Shown here piece after piece: positions 12,404 through 22,904 of a stretch of 44,468 nt of DNA (position 1 is the first letter of the stretch; every line of letters starts with the position of its first letter). Made by a program: the position numbers and the translations under genes. The notes under the pieces are model-generated. The model was not told the origin of the DNA and did not search any database. It saw nothing but the letters and a program-made list of their open reading frames with translations. The stretch spans positions 4,164,940-4,209,407 of the forward strand of contig NW_024055461.1 in assembly GCF_902713615.1 (NCBI RefSeq), given 5' to 3'. This DNA is from Scyliorhinus canicula (taxonomy: Eukaryota).

Positions 12404-12907
12404 GTAAGAACCATTCCGTCATTTACCAACTGTTTTACTGTATTTGTTTTAAATTTTTCTGCATTTTCAAAATCCATTCGTTCACTGAAATGTGTTTTGG
12501 TGGATCATGTATTGAGATGTTGTTGCAATGTTTCATTTGATTCTGCTGAAAGGGGGATATAGAATCCCGCGGTTTCTTGACAGAAGGATGCTGCTGAGGG
12601 ATTCAGTCCCTGTTTGCTGTGATCTGATGTTTATTTGCTGAGGGTACTGTGTGGCTGGGTTACTTTAAATACAAAACGTCTGTTTTTACCCCATGTTTAA
12701 TCTCGGTTCTATCTAATGTCTGCAGCTTGTACCGTCTTCCGCACAAGTGTTTGAGATCGAACCCAACATTGACAAAATGTGCTAAAGTTTCTGTATTATC
12801 TTATTGAACATGTTCTGCTTACTGAAAGTGCTGATGATATTATTCAAGTTTTCTGTTTAGTTTACCTGTTCATTCATTTGATGACATGAGGGTTTGGTGC
12901 TCTAAAT

Positions 12908-13790
12908 TGAGATGTTCTTGCAATGTTACATTTGGTTCTGTTGAAAGTGTTTGTAGAATTGAGCTGTTTCTCCGTGATGTTTCACTCCTTCAGTGATGTG
13001 ATTTGGTGTTTTCCTGCTGAGGAATGTTTTTGGGTGACTTTGTGTAGAAAAGTTTGTGAAACGGTTTGGTGTGTCTGTATTGTTTCAACTCGGTGACACG
13101 GAGCGGTTACACGTTTTGTGATTGAATGCAGAGTCTGCGTGTTTGCAACTGCTTGTCGCCGGATTGTCGGCAGAGAACAGGGAGGCTGTTTCTGCATCTT
13201 GAAAAAAAAGTGAAAATTGCAGATTAAACTAAGCCACGTTTTACCACAAATCCTTTCCGAGCACAAGTTGTTGCTGCAATCAGTTTGCCGTTTGTGCAAA
13301 GTTTAATCTCGGTGGCATCTGATGGTTGCAGCTTTTACCATCAACTGTAAACATTAAAAGCATTTAAATGTGTTTGAAAAATGACTCAGTATGAAAAAAA
13401 TGGTTAAGTTTCAATATTTATTTGTTGTTAATATTCGAGCACCTCGCAATGCTATTGCTGTTATTCCACATTTCTGTTTAGTTTAATAATTCATACATTT
13501 GGTTACGAGCTGGTTTGCTGGATATTGATATTTTCCTACAATGTTAAGTTTGATCCTGTTCGATGTAGAATTGAGCTGCTTCTCCATAAACGGGTTTCAG
13601 TCCTTCATTGATGTGATTTTGTGTTTTGTTCTGTTGAGGAGATTGTGTATCTGGGTGACTTTAAATGATTGTGATCTGTCAAACGGTTCAGCGTTTCTGC
13701 ATTGATTCTGCATTGTTTAAACTCGGTGTCATTGAGCGGTTACACGTTTTCTGGTTGAATGCAAACAGTCTCGGCGTTTGAAAATGCTTG
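12908..13790 (+). repeat. Diverged ~250-bp direct duplication (about 12908-13156 and 13538-13790)
   Basis: Shared anchors tgtagaattgagctg, gatgtgattt, tgggtgacttt, aactcggtg, gagcggttacacgtttt, ttgaatgca in the same order. Confidence 0.8.
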
Positions 13791-15864
13791 AAGGGCGAAT
13801 GTCCGGAGAAAACAGCCAGGCTTAAGAAAATAATCTAATAAAGATATGTTGATGCATTTTGTTATTTTAACTGAAGATTCCAGATTAAACGAAATAATGA
13901 CTGAAACGCCCATGCCGAACATAGTAACATTTATATAATTCAAACAATTGCAATGCGGTGATACAACTCCATATTAACCAAAGCTTATTATATATTAATA
14001 TAATTCATCATTAATCACCTTTTACAATCCTGCTGTGTTCTGCACGAGGTTAACATGACCGGACAGGTTTCTAGGCTGGAAATACTTTGTAATTCCAGTT
14101 ATTCTATTATTTCTGTGGCGCTGCAACCATATTATCCCTTCACTGTAATGCGCAGTTGGATAGCGAGGGAATTATCACCAATCTAATCTTAAACAGGTTT
14201 CTGAGATGTGGAAGTCGCTGCCAATCAAGGAATTGTTCCCATTATTTTATTTGTATTATAGGAAAGTTCAGATTGCCTATGGCAAGAGATTGAAAAGTAA
14301 AAGCTTGAATGTCAAACCGATTTATTTATTTACAAAAGGTTAACAGTACCTTTGCATTTTATAATGACATCCTGTCTCCCATAGCTGTGCTCTACACACG
14401 ATAGAATTATAGGAAAACAGATGATAGGAAAGAAGGAATGATTATATCTTAGCTTTAGGCTTAAATTTTATTAAATGCTAAATTCAACATCAAATTGTCG
14501 ACGCTACTTGCTCATAATGGGTCAGTTTTACAAATGATCTGAATAAACATTACTGAGCTGGTCTCGTTATATTCATTACTTTCTGAGAATAGATGGAGTT
14601 TATGATTTATCAATGTGTTCAGAAAGGCGCAGATTTTACACATTTGTAGGTTAATTGGGCAATTGGAGTAAAAAAATTAAAATGTGAATACAGTCAATTA
14701 AATGTTAAGATGTTTCCATCTAGTAATTTGGAGTTTATTGCTCAACATTGTTTGATTGTCAGGTTGTTTTAATTAAACCCCAATTATTTCATAAAGCTCT
14801 GGGTAAAATAAGTTAGGGATTATTGAAAGCTATTTTTATTATATTTATTATTATAGTACAGATAATCGAATAAAGAATTAGCTGACAATTAACAATAACT
14901 TACAATACAATATCAGTGAGAATTAATTCAACATAAATGACCTCCTACAATTGAGTTGTATCCTGGCAATATCTCAAATGTTTTAGAGAACTTTAATAAT
15001 ATCTGAAATGAATTTAGGAAACAATACATTTCTTCACACTGCTGTGTACAGCTAAACTATTTTGCTGATTACATTCTTTTGCTCTGATTCTTTTGCTGAT
15101 TACATTTAATTGTGATTTAGATCATATCAGTGGGTAATGTGAATATTTTCTGGTTTGTTTAATTATTGCCCTGTCACTGAGTCACTGTTCCGTCATTAAT
15201 CTACCCTGAATCTGTAATATTTAATCTGCTCATTTTCAGCAAAACTACTTTTTGCCCAATTATCGAGATTTGAGACAGACAGGGAAAAATAGTTAAAAGT
15301 CGAATATGATATTGAAATTAATGTCAGTTTAATTTCAAATAAATTACTGAATTATTGTTGTCGGAAGTTGACCATTGATCAATTAGAATCAAACAGTTTC
15401 ATGAAACTGACAGATTGAACAGATCTATCTGCTGGAACTCGATTGTTGCCATTTGTGTCTGTTCAGTTTCTGTGCGTGCGGTCACTGTGCTGGGACCAGG
15501 AATCTTCCTGACTGGTTATAAATCTTCTGCTTCATTTTCCAGTATTTCAGGGAGTACAATTTGATCAAGTCCTTCAATAAAACTTGTATCTGTGAGAAAT
15601 GTGAAAATTTTACTTGATGTTTGACAAGGCGACTCAGAAAGGTGATTCCTCATCCAGATTGTGACAGAAAGAATTCAGCAACGCCAGACAGGCTGGAGAA
15701 GGAGATTTGGTTGATTTTTACGCAGTGATATATTGGTTTTGGGAATTTTCGATTAGGCAATGCAGAGAGAGATTTACTGGGTTACATTCCGTGCTATTGT
15801 AATTCTTGATCTATTTAATGGGTCAGTGCAGCGGAGAAATCCCTTTGCATTTTATTTTTAATCC

Positions 15865-16100
15865 TATCCTAGGATTTTGGAGGCGCTGGCAAGGCCAGAT
15901 TTTATTATATATGCCGAAGTGTCCCCCCGAAAAGTTTAGATGTGAAACATCCTCTAATAGCTGCAGTCCATGTTGCGGAGGGATATCCGCGATATTGTCA
16001 GGGAGGGAGTTCCAAAATTTTGACTCGGTGACAGTGAAGGAATGGCGGTGTATTCCTAAATCAGGATGGTGAGTGTCTTGGAAGGGAACTTGCAGGTTTT
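15865..16100 (-). mobile_element. LINE 3' fragment
   Basis: Same family as 6480-7190 (gggagggagttccaaaattttgactcggtgacagtgaaggaa). Confidence 0.65.
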
Positions 16101-16109
16101 GGTGCACTC

Positions 16110-17730
16110 ATACATCGACAGAAACATATACACACTCTCGCTCTCTCACACACATTCTCTCTCATCCTCACACAAACTCATTCTCTCACACACATAATCA
16201 CAATGCTTCTTTCAAACATACACACTGTGCCTCGCACACAATGACTCTCACAATCTCACTCTCAGACACACTGTGACGATCTGCCTCTCTCACACACATA
16301 TTCGCTCACACGCTCTCACTCACACACGCTCTATCGCACACGCACTCTCTTTCACCAAATCTCTCTGATACACCTTGCCCCTCTCTCTCTCTCTCTCTCC
16401 CATGCTCAAACACACAGACCCTCTCCCTCACATACATGCATAATCGCTCTTCAAACACCGCATGTTTTCTTTCAGGCTCTCTCTCACACGCATTCCCTCT
16501 GATACATACACAATATCTCAGACGCACACAAACTCGCCAACATATTATTAACCTCTCACTCTCTCGCTCTCACGCACTCTCTCACGTGCACCCTGGCACA
16601 TGCCCTCTCTCTCGTGGACACTGTCTCATTCTCTCTCTCTGACAAACAATCTATCTCTCTCTTTCAGGCATGCAGTATCTTACTCTCTCATATTCCCTCT
16701 CTCTCTGACACACACTCTCATACGCACATTCTTCCTCTCACACACTCCCTCTCTATCACAGACACACTATCTCAGACACACACATCTCTCTCTCTCTCTC
16801 ATACAGTCTCACATCCATAATCGCTCTTCAAACAGAATCATTCCTTCTTTCACACACACAATCTCAAACATACTATCACTCTCCCTTTCTCTCACACACT
16901 TCCACAGACACACACATGCACCCTGGCACACACATACATTCTCCCACCTGCTCTCTCTCATGCACACTGTGTCCCGTGTCTCTCTCACACAATCTCTCTC
17001 TTTCGCACATGCACACTCTCATACACACACACATACACACACAATCACTTATCTCTCTCTGTCACACACACAAACACTAGTACATACATATCTCGTAAAC
17101 ACATTTTCTTTCACTCAAACACAGACATGTTCTTTGGCATACTCTATCACACGTTTTCAGAAACACACAAACGCATCCCCACATTCTGCCTCTCTCTGAC
17201 ACACGTGGTCTCTCTCTCTCTGTCTTAGGTACACACCCACATGCTCTCTAATCTCTCACACACACTCAATCATACACACACTATATCGAACTCATGCACA
17301 CAATCTCCCATTTCCACACACTCTCACACATATTGCCTCTCTCACTCACACAGAAAATCTCACACACACACATCCCCTCACACACATTCACACAAAAACT
17401 CTCCCTTGCACATTATTTTATTCTCCCTCTAACACCTATCTCACATACATACACATACTCTGTCTCTCTCTCACACACACACAGGAATACACACATATGT
17501 TCACAAACACTTACACTCAGAGGCGCAACACAGCAACATACACACAATCAAGAAAACACACACACACAGCAGCACACAAACAGGAACAGACACACACGCT
17601 CACAGACAAACATGAACACCGAGGAACACGTACACAGGGATACAGAGGGATACACACACACCACACGCTCACACACACATACACAATGAACACCTAAGAA
17701 CTCGCACACAGGGACACACATAAAGAACAC
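16110..17730. repeat. Degenerate (CA)/(CT) low-complexity tract
   Basis: Continuous cacaca/ctctct runs, almost no G on the + strand. Confidence 0.95.
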
Positions 17731-17739
17731 ACGGACAGC

Positions 17740-18955
17740 TGAGAGTGACTGTTCGTGACATCAAGGCAACATTTGAACCAGTGTTGCATCAAGGAGCCCA
17801 AACAAAACTGGAGTCAATGGGAATCGGGGGGAAATTCCCCGCTGGTTTGAGTCATACCCAGCGGAAAGGAAGATGGTTTTGGTTTTTGGAGGTCAATCAT
17901 CTCAGTTCCAGGACATCACTGCAGGGGTTCCTCAGTGTCGGCCCCGCCATCTTTAGCTGCTTCAGCAATGACCTTCCAAAAGTCAGAAGTGGGGATTTTG
18001 GCTGATCATTGAACGATGTGCAGCACCATTCACGACTCCGCAGCTACTGAAGCAGTCCATTGCTAAATGCAGCAAGATCTGGACTATATCCAGGCTTGGG
18101 CTGACAAGGGGAAAGGAACATTCACACCAGACAAGTGCACGCAATGGACATCTCAAACAAGCGAAGATCGAACGATCACCTTATGCCATTCAATGGAATT
18201 ACCATCGCTGAATCTCCTGCTGACCATTGACCAGAAACTGAACTGGACTCGCCATATACACTGTGTGGCTGTGACAAGAGGTCAGAGACTCGGAATTCTG
18301 CATCCAAAACACCTCCTGACGCCCCAAAGCCTGTCCACCATCTGCAACACCAGGTTAAAGTCCAACAGGTTTGTTTGGAATTCCTAGCTTTCGGAGCGCA
18401 ACTCCTTCATCAGGTGAGTCACCTGAGTGAGACTTCTTACTGTGCTCACCCCAGTCCAACGCCGGCATCTCCATATCACCATCTGCATGGCACATTCAGG
18501 AGTGTGATGGAATACTCTCCACTTGTCTGGATGAATGCAGCTCCAATGACACAAAAGTAGCCCGTTTAATTGGCACACCATCGACAACCACTCCCTCCCT
18601 CCACCGCTGAGGAACACTGGCAGCAGTGTGTAACACCTACAATATGCTCTGAAGGAGCTGGTCATGGCTGCTTGGACAGCACCTTCAAATCTCACAACAG
18701 CTACCATCTGTACAAGGAGACACATGGGAACATCACCAACTGGAATTTCTCCATCAAGCCTCTCACCATCGTGACCTCAAAATATCACATTGTTTCTTCA
18801 CTGTCCATGATTCAAAATTCTGGAGCTGCCTCCCAAACACCACATGGACTGCAGTGGTTGAAGAACGAAGCTCACCACCATCTTCTCAAGGACACTGAGG
18901 GATGGGAAATAAATGCTGGCCCAGCCAGAGACTCCTACAGCACAAGAATGAAGAA
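17740..18955 (+). mobile_element. 5'-truncated CR1/L2-clade LINE (RT C-terminus plus 3' UTR), frameshifted
   Basis: Peptides QQDLDYIQAWADK...FTPDKC and LTIDQKLNWTRHI, then SVMEYSPLVW; 3' tail aaataaatgctggcccagcc. Confidence 0.85.
18347..18476. mobile_element. ~130-bp Penelope-like miniature insertion with 11-bp target-site duplication
   Basis: CACCATCTGCA at 18336-46 and 18477-87 flanks sequence homologous to 22206-22491. Confidence 0.75.
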
Positions 18956-19091
18956 AACACACTCTCTGACACAATATGACACTAATTTTACAGCCTGAAA
19001 TTGACATTTTCAACATGAAAATCTATTAAGTTGGAGGAAGGTTCATTGTTCCAGTTCCGAATTGTTTTGTACAGAATGAAATTACACCGAC

Positions 19092-19342
19092 ATTAAAGCA
19101 GCTGCCCAGTGATCTGTCTGACTGTACACAGCCGGTGTTACTGACAGTATTAAAGCAGCTGCCCAGTGATCTACACTGCTGTCTGACTGCACACAGCCGG
19201 TGTTACTGAAAGTATTAAAGCAGCTGCCCAGTGATCTACACTGCTGTCTGACTGTACACAGCCGGTGTTACTGAAAGTATTAAAGCAGCTGCCCAGTGAT
19301 CTACACTGCTGTCTGACTGTACACAGCCGGTGTTACTGAAAG
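19092..19342 (+). repeat. 65-bp minisatellite, 4 copies (first has an 8-nt deletion)
   Basis: attaaagcagctgcccagtgat... starts at 19092, 19149, 19214, 19279. Confidence 0.97.
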
Positions 19343-19519
19343 CTGATCAATGTGGAGAATCAGGACAGGATGGATGGAGAGGAAGAGGAGGAGGTGGGGG
19401 TGGTGCAGCCGAATGGAGGAGCCCCCAGCTCGGCTGTGGTCAACAGACAAGAGAAAGCTGAGCCTGAGCGGAATGTCATCCAGAGAAACATCGCCCGGCT
19501 TGGCCCGGAGTACCTGAAT

Positions 19520-22190
19520 GATCACTCATTCACCCTCACCCACACTCACTCACCGTCACTCACACTCACTCACACTCACTCACACTCACCCACACTCACT
19601 CACACTCACCCACCGTCACTCACACTCACCCACCGTCACTCACACTCACCCACACTCACTCACACTCACTCACTGTCACTCACACTCACTCATGCTCACT
19701 CACCGTCACTCTCACTCACTCACACTCACTCACTGTCACTCACACTCACTCACCATCACTCACACTCACTCACCCCTGTTCACACTCACTCACAGTCACT
19801 CATACACACTGACTGATTAACCCATACTCATTTACCGGCACTAAGTCACAATCCCTCCCTCAATCATCACCCTCATGCATCCATACCCACTAACCCACAT
19901 TCATTCACACACCCACACTCAACTATGCACATCGTCAATCACCAACCCTCATTCCCTTACCCTCACTCACTCACAGTAATCCATCCAAACTAACTCACCC
20001 TCCCTCACCCACCTTGTCATCCACATTCACTTCCACACCCTCACTCACCAACCCTCACCCAGCCTCACTCACCCACCCTCACTAACCAACCCTCACCCAC
20101 CCTCACTCACCCACCCTCACTAACCAACCCTCACCCAGCCTCACTCATCCACCCTCACTAACCAACCCTCACCCTGCCTCACTCACCCACCCTCACTCAC
20201 CCACCCTCACCCAGCCTCACTCACCCACCCTCACTAACCAACCCTCACCCAGCCTCACTCACCTACCCTCACTAACCAACCCTCACCCAGCCTCACTCAC
20301 CCACCCTCACTAACCAACGCTCACCCAGCCTCACTCACCCACCCTCACTAACCAACCCTCACCCAGCCTCACTCACCCACCCTCACTAAACGACCCTCAC
20401 CCAGCCTCACTCACCCACCCTCACTAACCAACCCTCACCCAGCCTCACTCACCCACCCTCACTAACCAACCCTCACCCAGCCTCACTCACTCACCCTCGC
20501 TAACCAACCCTCACCCAGCCTCACTCACCCACCCTCACTAACCAACCCTCACCCAGCGTCACTCACCAACCCTCACCCACCCTCACTAACCAACCCTCAC
20601 CCAGCCTCACTCACCCACCCTCACTAACCAACCCTCACCCAACCTCACTCACCCACCCTCACTAACCAACCCTCACCCAGCCTCACTCACCCACCCTCAC
20701 TAACCAACCCTCACCCAGCCTCACTCACCCACCCTCACTAACCAACACTCACCCAGCCTCACTCACCCACCCTCACTAAACACGTCTCACCCAGCCTCAC
20801 TCACCCACCCTCACTAACCAACCCTCACCCAGCGTCACTCACCCACCCTCACCCAGCCGCACTCACCCACCCTCACTAACCAACCCTCACTCAGCGTCAC
20901 TCACCCACCCTCACTAACCAACCCTCACCCAGCCTCACTCACCAACCCTCACCCAGCCTCACTCACCCACCCTCACTAACCAACCCTCACCCAGCCTCAC
21001 ACACCCACACTCAATCACCCCACTTAAACTCACTCACCCTCACTCACCAACCCTCACCCACCATCACTCACTCACACTCACTCACCCACCCTCACTCACC
21101 AACCCTCACCCAGCCTCACTCACTCACACTCACTCACCCACCCTCACTCACACTCACTCACACTTACACACATTCAACCAGCCCACTCACACTTACTCAC
21201 TCACCCCCACTCACCCTCGCTCACCAACAATCACCCACCCTCATTCACTGTCACTCACTCGCCCACTCTCACCCACATTCTCTCACACTCATTCACCCAC
21301 ACTCAACCACCCCACTCTCACTCGCTCACCTTCACTCACCAACCCTCACCCACCTTCACTCAATCACTCCAACTCACCCTCACTCACCAACCCTCACCCA
21401 TCCTCATTCACTCTCACTCACTCACCCACCCTCACCCTCACTCACTCACACTCATTCACCCACACTCAACCACCCCACTCACTCACTCATCCTCACTCAC
21501 TGACTCACACTCACACTCACACACACTCACTCACCCACACTACTCACACTCAGTCACACTCACTCATCCTCACTCGCCAACCCTCATCCCCTCTCTCACA
21601 CTCATTCACGCAACTACATTCACTCACTCCCACTCACCCTCACTCACCAACCCTCACTCACACTGACTCACACTCACTCACCCACAGCCAACCACCCCAC
21701 TCAAACCCACTCACCCACTTTCAATCACTCACACTCACTCAACCACCCTTACTAATGGAAATCACTCAGTCCCTTCACTCAGCCACCGTCACTCACTCAC
21801 AATCACTTATTCACTCACTCCACACAACTTAATTCACTCCCCTCACTCAACCAGTCTCACACGCCCAGCTTCGCTCACTTTTCATAACTCACGCACCCTC
21901 ATTCACCCACACTCATTCGCTCACCCAATGTGATTCACTCACCCACACTCATTCACCCTCACTCATCCACCCTCATTCACTCAACTTCATTTACACGCCC
22001 TCACTGAGCCTCACCTTCATTCACCCACCTTCACTCACTCAGTAGGCCTCATTCACACATCCTCGCTCACCCACTGTCACTCACTCTCCATCATTCATCC
22101 ACCCTCCCTCACTCACCCACCATTACTCACGCAGCCACATTCATAAACCTCAGATCACCCAAAATCTCACTCAACACCAAACCGCCCACT
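19520..22190 (+). repeat. C/A-rich (CACT/CACC) satellite with a 38-bp tandem core at about 20050-21000
   Basis: Unit aaccaaccctcacccagcctcactcacccaccctcact (period 38, e.g. 20121 to 20159). Confidence 0.95.
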
Positions 22191-22288
22191 CATTTATTTA
22201 CATGCTGTGGAGATGCTGGCGTTGGATTGGGTGAGCACAGTAAGAAATCTGACAACTCCAGGTTAAAGTCCAACAGGTTTGTTTGAAA

Positions 22289-22323
22289 CACTAGCTTTCG
22301 CAGCACTGCTCCTTCCTCAGGTG
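22289..22323 (-). ncRNA. Minimal type I hammerhead ribozyme motif (antisense arm)
   Basis: CAC CUGAGGA A GGAGC AGU GCUGC GAA AGCU A GUG: stem I CAC/GUG intact, one G.G mismatch in stem II, palindromic AGCU stem III. Confidence 0.65.
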
Positions 22324-22399
22324 AGTGAAGAGGTAGGTTCCAGAAATATATATACAGACAAAACTCTATATGTATGTTTCTGGAACATATCTTTTCATT

Positions 22400-22434
22400 C
22401 ACCTGAGGAAGGAGCAGTGCTCCGAAAGCTCATG
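22400..22434 (+). ncRNA. Minimal type I hammerhead ribozyme motif (sense arm)
   Basis: CAC CUGAGGA A GGAGC AGU GCUCC GAA AGCU C AUG: perfect stem II, one C.A mismatch in stem I. Confidence 0.65.
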
Positions 22435-22904
22435 TTTGAAACAGATCTGTTGGACTTTAACCTGGTGTTGTAAGACTTCTTACTGTGCTCATTTATTTTC
22501 AACCACCACCGTCGCCCATGCATCCTCCCTCACTCACCAATCTATCCTCACTCATTTACAATCACACGCTCATGCTCCACACTCATACGCGCCCACCATT
22601 GTTCATGCACACACACTGACACACCCAGCCACCCCCTTCTCACTCCCGCCCTAATTCACACCCCTGCTATCTCAACCTCATTCACTTGTCCCCTTGCTCA
22701 CTAAATGGAAGGAGTTAGTCTGCAATGAGAGAGGAAGAGAGAATTGGAGCGAGGAGTGAGAGCCAGTGTGCACGAATGTGGTGGCCTGGAGAGGCGGCAG
22801 TAGGACCCAGGAGAAAGAGAAGAGAGCTGGAGGGAAGCGTCAGGGTCGGGGGCGGGGAGAATTGTAAAGAGGACGTGGGAAAATATCGAGGGAGAGGAAC
22901 ATGT

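Larger units (their letters stand above)
22206..22491. mobile_element. Penelope-like pseudo-LTR in inverted (palindromic) arrangement
   Basis: Arms 22232-22358 and 22365-22491 are reverse complements with few mismatches around a caaaac loop; each arm has a CTGAGGA...GAAA core. Confidence 0.75.

Noticed and set aside
16073-17730. His/Thr/Ser/Leu-rich ORFs (also 19518-19820 and 31753-32331)
   Set aside because: Translations of CA/CT microsatellite.
19092-19342. CRISPR-like appearance of the 65-bp and 52-bp arrays
   Set aside because: Units are contiguous with no unique spacers, there are no cas genes, and the context is vertebrate.
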